From: Candidatus Moraniibacteriota bacterium
GTDB taxonomy: Bacteria; Patescibacteriota; Minisyncoccia; Moranbacterales; UBA2206
DNA: 64,000 bases
Assembly (NCBI GenBank): GCA_003483065.1
Contig: DMWY01000008.1
Coordinates: 2,177-66,176 of the forward strand
Direction: 5' to 3'
The translations under genes were made by a program, and so were the position numbers. The notes under the pieces were generated by a model. It saw nothing but the letters and a program-made list of their open reading frames with translations. It was not told the origin of the DNA and did no database searches. Positions 1-10,068 of this stretch are shown here, piece by piece (the first letter of the stretch is position 1; the number at the start of each line of letters is the position of its first letter).

Positions 1-1
1 G

Positions 2-127
2 CCAATTGATCCAACAGTTTCTTCGACTAATGGAACGGGGTACTACATCACAAAAAGTGCCAATGGTCGCATAACTGTGTGCGCTCCAAGCGCGGAACAG
101 GGTGCTACAATAACCGTGACTCGATAG
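2..127 (+). CDS. 3' end of a type IV pilin-like protein (partial, runs in from the window edge)
   Basis: Frame 2 reads PIDPTVSSTNGTGYYITKSANGRITVCAPSAEQGATITVTR*. The PxDP...GY...GRITVxAPxAE...VTR ending resembles CPR pilin C-termini. The N-terminal methylation motif lies outside the window. Confidence 0.55.
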   Translation, partial: PIDPTVSSTNGTGYYITKSANGRITVCAPSAEQGATITVTR

Positions 128-167
128 CGAAAAAATAGAAGCTTAAGTTGCAGGCGCTAACCTGTAT

Positions 168-1529
168 ATGAAAAACAAAAAACAAAAAATAAATAAGGAG
201 GAAAGCAAAAAGGCTGATGATTCATCAGCCTCTTTTGGCTTTAATGATTCGATAAAAAAAATAAAAAGGAGCCACGCTAAGACAATAAAAACAGAAAAAG
301 AATTTTTCTTGCAGAATGAAATTATAGAAAATATGCCAGAGGGAATCTATTTCGTTCGTTTGAAAGATGGGATTATTGTTTATGCAAACGCTAAATTTGA
401 AAAAATATTTGGTTATAACGCGGGTGAAATGATTGGAAAGCACGCATCAATTGTCAACGCCCCAACTACTAAAAAGCCAAAAGAAACAGCTCGCGAAATA
501 ATGAATATCATGAAAAAAACTGGCGAGTGGCTTGGAGAAATAAATAACATCAAAAAAGACGGCACTTCCTTTTGGTGTTATGCGAGTTGTTTTTTGTTTG
601 ATCATCCGGAGCACGGCAAGATTATTGTGGCAATGCATACTGATATTACCAAGAGAAAGCAAGCAGAAGAATCCCTCAAGATTAAGAATTTTATCTTCGA
701 CCATTCTTTTTCCGCTAACAGTATTTCAAATGCCAATGCTATTGTCACTGAAGTAAATCAAAGTTTTTTGGATAATTGGGGTTTTTTGGATAAAAAAGAA
801 ATTGTAGGAAAATCTTTCTCTGTATGTTTTAATGATCCCAAAGAAGCTATGATTGCGCATAATGCATTGGATAAGAATGGAAAATGGAGCGGAGAGTTTG
901 TCGCCAAAAGAAAAGACGGCTCAACTTTCATTGCCTATGGGCCGGCAACAAAATTAATTGATGAAAAAGGCAAACTAATTGGCTATCAATCTACTTTGTT
1001 TGATATTACTGAAAGAAAAAAAGCTAAAGAGACAATTATCTTGGATGAAGAAAAATTTGAAGAAATATTTAACTATTCTCCCATTGCTATTGAACTCTAT
1101 AATGCCAAAGGAGAGTTGGAAAAAGTCAACAAAGCAACGCTTCAAATGTTTGGTGTGAAAAATGAAAAAGAGATAGTGGACTTCAAACTTTTTGATGATC
1201 CAAATGTTCCAGATAGCGCTAAGAAAGTTCTAAAAAATGGAAATTTGGTGGAATATGAAAATGTTTTTGATTTTGAAAAGGTGCAAAAATTTAACTTATA
1301 TAATACGATAAAAAGTGGGATTATCCACCTAAGTACAGTAATAACTCCTCTTAAAAAAGGATCATCGGGGTATTTGGCGATGATCGAAGATGCCACTGAC
1401 AGTAAAAATTCGCAAATTAAACTACGAGAAAAATTGGACGAAATGGAAAAAATGAACAAGCTAATGGTGGGCAGAGAGTTAAAAATGATTGAGTTAAAGG
1501 ATAAAATAGATAAATTAACAAAAAAATGA
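168..1529 (+). CDS. Cytoplasmic multi-PAS/PAC sensor protein without a kinase domain
   Basis: Three PAS/PAC repeats (KKDGTSFW...DITKRKQAEE; KRKDGSTF...DITERKKA). Ends in a coiled coil EKMNKLMVGRELKMIELK. No H-box or HATPase. Confidence 0.85.
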   Translation: MKNKKQKINKEESKKADDSSASFGFNDSIKKIKRSHAKTIKTEKEFFLQNEIIENMPEGIYFVRLKDGIIVYANAKFEKIFGYNAGEMIGKHASIVNAPTTKKPKETAREIMNIMKKTGEWLGEINNIKKDGTSFWCYASCFLFDHPEHGKIIVAMHTDITKRKQAEESLKIKNFIFDHSFSANSISNANAIVTEVNQSFLDNWGFLDKKEIVGKSFSVCFNDPKEAMIAHNALDKNGKWSGEFVAKRKDGSTFIAYGPATKLIDEKGKLIGYQSTLFDITERKKAKETIILDEEKFEEIFNYSPIAIELYNAKGELEKVNKATLQMFGVKNEKEIVDFKLFDDPNVPDSAKKVLKNGNLVEYENVFDFEKVQKFNLYNTIKSGIIHLSTVITPLKKGSSGYLAMIEDATDSKNSQIKLREKLDEMEKMNKLMVGRELKMIELKDKIDKLTKK

Positions 1530-2818
1530 TGAGAATGGGGTTGAAAAATAAAATATTAGTGAGTTTATTTCTAGTAGTTTTTCTTTGTGGCATTATTGCT
1601 TCTTATTTTATCTACACTCAATCTAAAAAGAATTTAAGTGAATATAAAAAAGATAGCTTGGAAACATTGATTTTGGAACGAAAAAATCGAGTAGCGGATT
1701 TTTTTGGAAATTCTCTTTCTTTGGCAGAAAAAATTTCCAAAAGACAAGAGATTATAAATTATATTGAAAACGAAGGGGAAATTCAAGAGGCAAGCATTCT
1801 TTTGATTCTTCAAAATTATAATATTGGAGAAAAATATTCGGCTATGTATATCATGAATAAAAATGGTCAAACTATGGTTTCGACCGATGAATCATTCATC
1901 GGGAAAGATTATAGTTTTAGAGAATATTTCCAAAGAGCGGTTTCAGGAGAACCTTGGGCGGATATGGCGATCGGTTCAACTAGCAATATTCCCGGATACT
2001 ATGTTTCTTATCCAATCAAAAATAGAGAAAAGGTCATTGGCGTGACAGTGCTTAAAATTATTCCAGAACATCTCAATAAGATATTCACCAAAGAAAGTAT
2101 TGGAGGTAACAACGACACTGATTTTATTTTTGTTGATGTTAATGGCGTAGTGATTTATTCCAGCGATGAGAAAAAAAATTATCATAGTCTGGGTAATTTG
2201 ACAGAAGAAAAGAAAAGAGAGATTTTTGAGAGTAAAAAATTTGCTTCAAAGGAGATATTACCCTTAGATTATGATGAAATTCAAAAAGAAATAGACAAAA
2301 TCTCAACTATCCCATCAAGCTATAGCTTAAATGATGAAGCTGATGGCGCTCAAGAATTATTAATGGCAATTAAGGTGGAAAATTTTCCATTTTTTGTTAT
2401 AGCAGAAGCGAATTTAGACAAGATGCTTGCTTCCATTAGGGATATCTCATTATGGTTAGTGGCTTTATTTTTGATGGTTATTGTAATTGGCGGATTTACT
2501 GCTTCTTTTTTTATCACTAGATTTTTGCGTCCACTTAGAGAGTTGAAAAATATTGCAGATGATGTTTCTAGAGGAAAGTATGAAAAATTGAAAATCATAA
2601 AAACAAATGATGAAATTGAAGAATTGAGTTGGGGGCTAAAAAAAATGGCCGATAGCCTAATTAAGCTGAAGAAGGGGGCTGAAGAAAAGGTAGTAGAACG
2701 TTCTAGGGAGTTGGAAAAAATGAACAGCTATATGACTGGTAGAGAGATAAAAATGATTGAGCTTAAAAAGAAAATAGAGGAATTAGAAAAAAGTAAAAAT
2801 ATAAAAAATGATAAATAA
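1526..2818 (+). CDS. Membrane dCache-HAMP sensor protein without a kinase domain
   Basis: N-terminal TM, Cache motif (GKDYSFREYFQRA), second TM, HAMP (RPLRELK...DEIEELS), C-terminal EKMNSYMTGREIKMIELK. Start overlaps the upstream stop. Confidence 0.85.
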   Translation: MMRMGLKNKILVSLFLVVFLCGIIASYFIYTQSKKNLSEYKKDSLETLILERKNRVADFFGNSLSLAEKISKRQEIINYIENEGEIQEASILLILQNYNIGEKYSAMYIMNKNGQTMVSTDESFIGKDYSFREYFQRAVSGEPWADMAIGSTSNIPGYYVSYPIKNREKVIGVTVLKIIPEHLNKIFTKESIGGNNDTDFIFVDVNGVVIYSSDEKKNYHSLGNLTEEKKREIFESKKFASKEILPLDYDEIQKEIDKISTIPSSYSLNDEADGAQELLMAIKVENFPFFVIAEANLDKMLASIRDISLWLVALFLMVIVIGGFTASFFITRFLRPLRELKNIADDVSRGKYEKLKIIKTNDEIEELSWGLKKMADSLIKLKKGAEEKVVERSRELEKMNSYMTGREIKMIELKKKIEELEKSKNIKNDK

Positions 2819-5800
2819 TCTCTACATAATTATCTATGTGATGACGGTATTAGTCTGTTTGGCTATGCTATATTTTCTTTTGAAGCAAGCCAAGAAAACA
2901 GCTTCTTCAAGAGCGTTAGTTTGGTTAATTTTCATTACTACTATTTGGACTGTGGTGGAAATTTTAGCCTCAATAGGATTTATTGTTAACGAAATAATCC
3001 ATCTGTATCTTTGGCGATCTGCTTTTTTTCTTGGTGGCATAACAACCTATTCTCTTTTGTGTTTCATTTTGACATTTTTTGAAATATGCAAGAAAATAAA
3101 TTTTAAAATAAAATTAATTACTGGCCTTGTCTTAGGTATCCTTTCTTTTTATTTGACGATAATATCCTCCGGAACGGTTAAGAATATTTTGACGAATCGG
3201 GCAATCTGGGAAATTGGATACGAAACAGGTCAGCTATTTCCGCTCACGGTTATGGTCGTTGGCTTTCCGATGTTGGCATCTCTTTTATTCACACTTTGGA
3301 AATATTTTACTGCAAAAAATGAAAAAAATAAAAAACAGTATGGGCTTATGACGATGGGTATTTTTTCTCCAGCCATCGGAGGAGTGTTAACAAATCTAAT
3401 TTTACCGCTACTGGGTATTGTCCATTTTCCTCGCTTGGCTAATTTTTCTTCAGTTATTTTGATTGGGGTATTGTTCTATGTGATATATGAGTTGAATGCT
3501 TTCAAGGGAGAGATAAAAAGATATTCCATTCGTTTTAGATTGGTTATTATGGTGGTCGCCATAACTTTTTTTGGAAGTCTAATTGGATTTTTTGTTTATT
3601 ATTCGAACTCAATGAATGTTTTGAATCAAGAGGTATATAGGAATTTTGATTCAATCACTCAAATAAAATCATATGAGTTGCAAAACTTTCTAAACTTTCA
3701 AAAATCTAAATTGGATCTGACGATAAAAAGCTCAATCGTAATTGGTGAATTATTCAATAAGGTGGAGCAGGATGAAGAATATTTTGCCATAATGGAAAAA
3801 GTAAAAAATAAATTAAACTTGATTTCTGATAAAGAAATTAGAGAAATCATTCTTTTGGACAAGAATGGACGAATTGTGGCTGTTTCGAAAAATAGTTCAG
3901 AAGAAGGGAAGGATTATAGTCAAAAAGAAGAATATAAGAATGCACTGAATAGGGATTTTATCAGTGATATTAGAAAAGAAGAAAATTTGGAAAAATATTA
4001 TTTCACCATTTCCGTCCCATATTTTGAGTCTCAAAGTAATAAATTTCAAGGAATGATTATTGGAAAAATTGATGCCCAAGTTATTGAAAATTTGCTGGCA
4101 GAAAAAATAGATTTGGGGGATACGGGTGAAATATTTTTACTCAACAGGGAAAAAAAGCTTATTACTGCTACAAAATATTTAGGACGGGAGGAAATACTCA
4201 ACAAAAAAATTGAAACCATAAGCTCAACAGAATGTTTTACTGAAAAAAATAAAGAATATTCTGATCATAAAGCGGTGAATAAATTTTTAGACTATCGTAA
4301 TATTGAAGTTATCGGAACGCATGCCTATATCGCGCAAATGAATTGGTGTCTGGTTTCCAAAATTGATCAAAAAGAAATTACAGATAAATATGAAAAAGGT
4401 TTGTCAATTATTTTCTTCCTTTCTTTGATAATAATAATAATTGTATCTTCTTTAGTGGCATATTTTTATTCTCTCACTATTTCTCGACCAATTGCTGATT
4501 TGCAAGATGGAGCACAAGAATTATCCCGAGGAAACTTGGATTATAAGGTAGAAATTGATTCAAGAGATGAATTTGGACAATTAGCCGGAGTGTTTAATTT
4601 TATGGGGCAAAAACTCAAGGAAACATACTCTTCACTAGAAAAAAAGGTTAAAGAAAGAACAAGAGAATTGGAAAAATCAATCACAGAAATGGATAATTCT
4701 CGAAAGGCCATGCTTAATATTTTGGAAGATGTGGATGAAGAGAAAAATAAAACTCAAGAAGAAAAAGAAAAGATTAGTGCAATCTTGCATAGTATTGGGG
4801 ATGGAGTTTTTGTGGTAGATGATCAGGCTAAAATAATTATGATTAATCAAGTGACTTCAGATATTTCAGGTTTCAGTCAAGAGGAGTTAATTGGAAAGAG
4901 ATATGATAAAATTTTGCATTTTGTTCAAGATTCTCAAACAGAAAAGATAATTTATGATTTCGTTGGTGAAGCCATAGCAAGTGGAAAAACTAGAGAAATG
5001 CCGATTCATACTATGCTTGTGCGTAAGGATGGTGAAAAAATTCCCGTATCTGATAGTGCCGCTCCTTTGAAAAATGAAAAAAACAAAGTTGTTGGTTGTG
5101 TAGTAGTTTTTCGTGATATAGCCAAGGAATATCAAGTAGACAAGGCGAAAACAGAATTTGTTTCCTTAGCATCTCATCAATTACGCACTCCACTTTCAGC
5201 GATTAATTGGTATACAGAGATGCTTTTAGCAGGGGATGCTGGTGAGCTCAATAAGGAACAAAGAAGTTTTATGGATGAAATATACAATGGCAATCAAAGG
5301 ATGGTGGAGTTAGTAAACTCACTGCTGAATGTTTCCAGAATCGAGCTTGGCACTTTGGCGATTGAACCAAGGCCGACTGATTTCGCAAAAATTTCAAATA
5401 ATGTAGTAAAAGAATTGATTAATGAGATAAAAATCAAACAATTAAAAGTTAAAGAAAATTATGCCAAAAACATACCACTCATCAATGCTGATCCAAATTT
5501 AACTCGAATTATCTTTCAAAATATCATAACCAACGCAGTTAAATATACACCAGAAAAAGGAAAAATTGATATTATTCTTGAAAAAGAAAGCAAAAATTTA
5601 CTCATCAAGATTTCCGATACTGGTTATGGAATCCCAGATAATCAAAAAGATAGAATTTTCCAAAAACTTTTCCGCGCGGACAATGTTCGAGAAAAAGATA
5701 CGAATGGTAGCGGATTGGGGCTATATTTAGTAAAATCAATTGTGGAGCAGTCAGAAGGAGAGATTTGGTTTGAATCAAAAGAAAACAAGGGCACAACTTT

Positions 5801-5861
5801 TTTTGTACGCATTCCACTTTCTGGAATGAAGAAAAAAGAAGGCTCTAAAACATTAAATTAA
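2808..5861 (+). CDS. Sensor histidine kinase (multi-TM N-terminus, dCache, HAMP, PAS, HisKA, HATPase)
   Basis: H-box EFVSLASHQLRTPL, N-box NIITNAVKY, G1 DTGYGIP, G2 GSGLGLY, HAMP RPIADL...DEFGQLA, PAS SIGDGVFVVD. Confidence 0.95.
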   Translation: MINNLYIIIYVMTVLVCLAMLYFLLKQAKKTASSRALVWLIFITTIWTVVEILASIGFIVNEIIHLYLWRSAFFLGGITTYSLLCFILTFFEICKKINFKIKLITGLVLGILSFYLTIISSGTVKNILTNRAIWEIGYETGQLFPLTVMVVGFPMLASLLFTLWKYFTAKNEKNKKQYGLMTMGIFSPAIGGVLTNLILPLLGIVHFPRLANFSSVILIGVLFYVIYELNAFKGEIKRYSIRFRLVIMVVAITFFGSLIGFFVYYSNSMNVLNQEVYRNFDSITQIKSYELQNFLNFQKSKLDLTIKSSIVIGELFNKVEQDEEYFAIMEKVKNKLNLISDKEIREIILLDKNGRIVAVSKNSSEEGKDYSQKEEYKNALNRDFISDIRKEENLEKYYFTISVPYFESQSNKFQGMIIGKIDAQVIENLLAEKIDLGDTGEIFLLNREKKLITATKYLGREEILNKKIETISSTECFTEKNKEYSDHKAVNKFLDYRNIEVIGTHAYIAQMNWCLVSKIDQKEITDKYEKGLSIIFFLSLIIIIIVSSLVAYFYSLTISRPIADLQDGAQELSRGNLDYKVEIDSRDEFGQLAGVFNFMGQKLKETYSSLEKKVKERTRELEKSITEMDNSRKAMLNILEDVDEEKNKTQEEKEKISAILHSIGDGVFVVDDQAKIIMINQVTSDISGFSQEELIGKRYDKILHFVQDSQTEKIIYDFVGEAIASGKTREMPIHTMLVRKDGEKIPVSDSAAPLKNEKNKVVGCVVVFRDIAKEYQVDKAKTEFVSLASHQLRTPLSAINWYTEMLLAGDAGELNKEQRSFMDEIYNGNQRMVELVNSLLNVSRIELGTLAIEPRPTDFAKISNNVVKELINEIKIKQLKVKENYAKNIPLINADPNLTRIIFQNIITNAVKYTPEKGKIDIILEKESKNLLIKISDTGYGIPDNQKDRIFQKLFRADNVREKDTNGSGLGLYLVKSIVEQSEGEIWFESKENKGTTFFVRIPLSGMKKKEGSKTLN

Positions 5862-5866
5862 AAAAA

Positions 5867-6256
5867 ATGAATAAAAAAAATCCAGTCGTATTAGTAGTTG
5901 AAGATGAAAAACCACTTCAGGAGGCGATAAAAATTAAATTGGAGTTAAATGGCTTCGATACTGTGACAGCTAGATCAGTAGAACAAGCAATTAATTTTTT
6001 GAGAGACATTAAAAATGTGGATGCTATTTGGTTGGATCACTATCTTTTAGGTAAAGAAAATGGGCTGGATTTTGTGGCTAAGTTAAAGGAGAAAAAAGAG
6101 TGGAAAAAAATTCCGATTTTTATAGTTTCTAATACTGCTAGTCAAGAAAAGGTAAAATCCTATATGAGCCTCGGAGTAGAAAAATATTATGTGAAAGCCA
6201 ATTATAGGTTGGATGATATTATAAAAGACATAAAGAGTAGTTTAAAATTAAAATAA
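5867..6256 (+). CDS. Single-domain response regulator (receiver only)
   Basis: VLVVEDE, phospho-Asp in IWLDH, SN, YYVK; 129 aa with no output domain. Confidence 0.9.
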   Translation: MNKKNPVVLVVEDEKPLQEAIKIKLELNGFDTVTARSVEQAINFLRDIKNVDAIWLDHYLLGKENGLDFVAKLKEKKEWKKIPIFIVSNTASQEKVKSYMSLGVEKYYVKANYRLDDIIKDIKSSLKLK

Positions 6257-6260
6257 TTTT

Positions 6261-6629
6261 ATGAACAAAAAAATTATTATCATTGAGGACGAATTATCTT
6301 TGCGAAGTGTTTTGGCAGAAAAATTAAAATCTGATGGTTTTGAAGTTTTGGAAGCTAAGAATGGCCAAGAGGGCTTGGAAATTTCAATCAGCCAAAAACC
6401 TGATTTAATTCTTTTGGATATAGTGATGCCTAAAATGGATGGCCTAACAATGCTAGAAAAACTTAGAGAGGATAGTTGGGGAAAGAAAGTGCCAGTCATT
6501 ATTCTTACTAATCTAAGTTCCGGGGCGGAAATGTCAAGATCGGCCGAAGGCGGAGTTTCTGGCTATCTAGTCAAGACAGACTGGAAATTGGATGATGTAG
6601 TCAAAAAGATAAAAGAGACACTAAAATAA
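6261..6629 (+). CDS. Single-domain response regulator (receiver only)
   Basis: IIIEDE, PDLILLDIVMPKMDG, ILTN, YLVK; 122 aa. Confidence 0.93.
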   Translation: MNKKIIIIEDELSLRSVLAEKLKSDGFEVLEAKNGQEGLEISISQKPDLILLDIVMPKMDGLTMLEKLREDSWGKKVPVIILTNLSSGAEMSRSAEGGVSGYLVKTDWKLDDVVKKIKETLK

Positions 6630-6679
6630 TCTTTTTGCAATTTTTTGCCTATTTCTCTGTATTATAGTACGATTGGAGT

Positions 6680-8536
6680 ATGAATAACGATATAGAGGAG
6701 ATAAAATCAAAGCTCAATATAGTGGATATTTTGGGCGAATATATTCGTTTGGACAAGGCAGGGGCGAACTGGCGAGCTCTCTGTCCTTTTCATAACGAGA
6801 AATCACCATCTTTTATGGTGAATGAAGAAAAACAATTTTGGCATTGTTTTGGTTGTCAAAAATCAGGTGATATCTTTGCTTTTGTGATGGAAATGGAAGG
6901 CGTGGAATTTCGAGAAGCGCTGAATTCACTTGCAGAAAAAGCGGGAGTAAAATTGCAATCCTATAGTCCAGAAAAATCCCAGGAAAAAAATCGGACATTG
7001 GAAATTTTGGAATTAGCCACGAAATTTTATGAAGTGCAACTCTGGAAGGGGGAGGGTAAGGAAAAAATTATAAACTATCTTCATGAAAGAGGACTCAAAG
7101 ATGAAACAATTAAGGAATTTCGGTTGGGTTACGTACCGTCTGGTTGGCGAAATGTTCTAGATTTTTTAGTTAAAAGGGGATATAAAATTGAAGAAATAAA
7201 TAAGACAGGGCTTTTGGTGCAGAAAAACAATGCGCAACCTTCTGACCTCACCCCCAGCCCCTCTCCTTATCAAGGAGAGGGGGGTAATCGATTTTATGAT
7301 CGCTTTCGTGATCGAATTATTTTTCCAATCAGTGATTATTCAGGAAAAGTGTTGGGCTATACAGCGCGGGTGACTCCCGGAAGTGATGAATCGCAAGCTA
7401 AATATGTCAATTCTCCAGAAACCGAAATGTATCACAAAAGCCGAATTCTTTATGGTTTAGACAGAGCTAAATCAGAGATAAAAAAGCAGGACTTTGTTCT
7501 CCTGGTGGAAGGTCAAATGGATGTAATCGCTTCGCATCAAGCGGGAATAAAAAACACTGTTGCAGTGAGTGGTACAGCGCTTACGCTCGAGCAAATTGCC
7601 ATAATAAAAAGATACACCAAAAACATTCAAATGTTTTTTGATATGGATAGCGCTGGTGAAAATGCCACCAAAAAAAGTGTGAAATTATGTCTAGCCAGTG
7701 GCATGGCGGTGCGCATTGTGAGTTTGGAACGAGGGAAAGACGCAGCTGATATGGCTAAGGAAAACCCAGAAGAGCTTGCGAAAAGCGTGGCGCAATCTTT
7801 ACCAGCGGTGGAATATTTTTTCCAAAAGACATTTGGAAAGTTTGATAGAAATAAGGTGGAGGATAAGAAAAAAATAACCTCAGAACTACTGGATATTATT
7901 TTGGATCTAGAGAATGAAGTGGAAAAAAATTATTGGATAAAAAAATTAGCCGAAGGATTAGGTGTTTCAGAATCAGCATTGACGGATGAGCTCAAAAAGA
8001 CTAGTCTTAAAGATAAGAATACTAAAGATAGTGGCCAGAAAGAAGACATAAAAAAAATCGGACCAACCACAAAAAAAGAAATGCTTATTTGGGAAATGAT
8101 TGGCCTAATGTTGGTTTCAAGTTTTGTTTGGAAAAAAGCGTGTGAAGAGGAAAAAACAAGAAAAATTTTCTTGTCGGACAATCTTTTGCAACTAATGCTG
8201 GAAAAAGGAGAACAAGTTAATTTTAATTTCGATACTTTTTTGAATGAAATTGTGGATGATCGAGAGCTTAGCGAAAAAGCGCGAAAATTATTTATTCAAA
8301 AAAAATATCAACTCGATTTAAATAATAATCAAGAAGAGATAATAATCGAAGACCCATGGAAAGAATTTCAAGCTTGTGAGAGGGAAATGGAAAGAGAAGA
8401 AAAAAAAGAAGAATTAAATCGCATAGGCAATGATTTGAAACTGGCCGAAGAAAGAAAGGATGAAACAGCAAAGAAATTTTTGCGAGAGCAGTCGGACAAA
8501 ATTTCCAAAGAATTAGCAAAGTTAATGGAGTTATAA
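6680..8536 (+). CDS. dnaG: DNA primase
   Basis: Zn-binding CPFHNEKSPSF...HCFGC, YDRFRDRIIFP, KYVNSPET, TOPRIM VEGQMDV...FDMDSAG; upstream of rpoD. Confidence 0.97.
   Translation: MNNDIEEIKSKLNIVDILGEYIRLDKAGANWRALCPFHNEKSPSFMVNEEKQFWHCFGCQKSGDIFAFVMEMEGVEFREALNSLAEKAGVKLQSYSPEKSQEKNRTLEILELATKFYEVQLWKGEGKEKIINYLHERGLKDETIKEFRLGYVPSGWRNVLDFLVKRGYKIEEINKTGLLVQKNNAQPSDLTPSPSPYQGEGGNRFYDRFRDRIIFPISDYSGKVLGYTARVTPGSDESQAKYVNSPETEMYHKSRILYGLDRAKSEIKKQDFVLLVEGQMDVIASHQAGIKNTVAVSGTALTLEQIAIIKRYTKNIQMFFDMDSAGENATKKSVKLCLASGMAVRIVSLERGKDAADMAKENPEELAKSVAQSLPAVEYFFQKTFGKFDRNKVEDKKKITSELLDIILDLENEVEKNYWIKKLAEGLGVSESALTDELKKTSLKDKNTKDSGQKEDIKKIGPTTKKEMLIWEMIGLMLVSSFVWKKACEEEKTRKIFLSDNLLQLMLEKGEQVNFNFDTFLNEIVDDRELSEKARKLFIQKKYQLDLNNNQEEIIIEDPWKEFQACEREMEREEKKEELNRIGNDLKLAEERKDETAKKFLREQSDKISKELAKLMEL
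7246..7284. repeat. GC-rich palindromic element inside dnaG, in frame
   Basis: CCTCACCCCCAGCCCCTCTCCTT-ATC-AAGGAGAGGGGGG with an 11-bp stem (7258-7268/7272-7282). Encodes LTPSPSPYQGEG just before YDRFR. Confidence 0.7.
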
Positions 8537-8546
8537 TAATATTATT

Positions 8547-8690
8547 ATGACTTCCGCATTTCCCTTCGAATCTATTGTTCGCTGAAATTACTTTAAAATT
8601 CAATTAAGATTATAGATAGAAATTATTGTTTATAAATCCTGCCATTGCACTGGCTACATAAATAGATTCTCAGAAAAATGCGTAAGTCCT
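8547..8690. mobile_element. MITE-like element, copy 1 (between dnaG and rpoD)
   Basis: Ends GACTTCCGCATTT...AAATGCGTAAGTC with internal IR GAATCTATT/AATAGATTC. A closely similar copy lies at 33648-33792. Confidence 0.8.
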
Positions 8691-8708
8691 AATTATATCT
8701 AAACATTT

Positions 8709-10046
8709 ATGGTCAAAGTTAAAAAAAATAAGAAAAAAATCTTGAAAAATAAAAAAACGCCGAAAAAAATCAAAGCTGTTCAAAAAAAGAGCAACAAAAA
8801 GATTGTTTCTAAGAAGAAAATTGTGCCTAAAAAGCCTAAAAATAAGGCTAAAATAGCGCCAAAAAAGAAGATTGAGAAAAAGAAACCAATCAAGAAAAAA
8901 GTCGTCAAGCAGATTTCCAAAAGAATGGAGGAAAAAAATTCTCAAAGACGCGGAGATATTGATGAACTGGTCTATCGTGGAAAGCAAAGAGGTTTCATCA
9001 CAGAGGATGAAATTTTGCATGTCATTCCGGATGCGGAAAAGGATATTGAAAAATTGGAAGAACTTTATGAAAAACTCGAAAAGAAAAATATTCGGGTGGT
9101 AAATTCTGATGAAATGATTCGCATGGAAACAGACAAGGTTTCTGAGGATTTTGACAAACAAAAAACTGGCAAGAAAAAAACCAGAAAAGAAACAATGGAC
9201 GTGGGTCCGGAAGAAGCTTCTTCCGATTTGGTTCAGATGTATTTACGAGAAATTGGTCGCGTGGATCTTCTCAGCACCGAAGAAGAAATAAACCTGGCGA
9301 AAAGAATTGAAAAAGGAGATACGATGGCCAAACAAAGACTCACCGAAGCTAATCTTCGACTTGTGGTGAGTATCGCCAAAAAATATGTGGGTCGCTCACA
9401 TAACCTTTCTCTTTTAGATTTGATTCAAGAAGGCAACATCGGACTTTTCCGCGCCGTGGAAAAATTTGACTATCGAAAAGGCTACAAATTTTCCACATAT
9501 GCTACTTGGTGGATTCGCCAAGCTGTGACACGCGCGCTAGCTGACCAATCAAGAACGATTCGTATTCCGGTGCATATGGTAGAAACGATTAATAAATATA
9601 CGCAAATTACCCGAAGACTCGTGCAAGATCTTGGACGCGAACCACTTCCAGAAGAAATTGCGGTGGAAATGGGAATTGAGGTGGACAAAATTCGCCACAT
9701 CCAAAAAATTTCCCAAGAAACAGTTTCTTTGGAAACTTCAGTGGGGGACTCAGATGACGACAGCGTGCTTGGAGATTTCATTGAGGATACTGAAACTGTG
9801 ATGCCAAATCAAATTGCTAGCCGAAAAATGCTCAAGGAACATGTGACGGAAATTTTGAAGGATCTCACTCCACGCGAACAAAAAATTCTGAAAATTCGTT
9901 TCGGTTTGGAAGACGGCGTGACGCATACCTTGGAAGAAGTGGGACAGGAATTTGGCGTCACTCGCGAACGAATTCGACAGATTGAAGCCAAGGCTTTGGA
10001 AAAAATTCGCGATCATAAAACTATCAAGAAACTTCGAGATTACTAA
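8709..10046 (+). CDS. rpoD: RNA polymerase primary sigma factor with a Lys-rich N-terminal extension
   Basis: Region 1.2 [11 protein letters not shown], region 2 [13 protein letters not shown]...[10 protein letters not shown]...[13 protein letters not shown], region 4 [20 protein letters not shown]. Confidence 0.97.
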   Translation: MVKVKKNKKKILKNKKTPKKIKAVQKKSNKKIVSKKKIVPKKPKNKAKIAPKKKIEKKKPIKKKVVKQISKRMEEKNSQRRGDIDELVYRGKQRGFITEDEILHVIPDAEKDIEKLEELYEKLEKKNIRVVNSDEMIRMETDKVSEDFDKQKTGKKKTRKETMDVGPEEASSDLVQMYLREIGRVDLLSTEEEINLAKRIEKGDTMAKQRLTEANLRLVVSIAKKYVGRSHNLSLLDLIQEGNIGLFRAVEKFDYRKGYKFSTYATWWIRQAVTRALADQSRTIRIPVHMVETINKYTQITRRLVQDLGREPLPEEIAVEMGIEVDKIRHIQKISQETVSLETSVGDSDDDSVLGDFIEDTETVMPNQIASRKMLKEHVTEILKDLTPREQKILKIRFGLEDGVTHTLEEVGQEFGVTRERIRQIEAKALEKIRDHKTIKKLRDY

Positions 10047-10068
10047 AAATGATGCTAATCTACGAATA

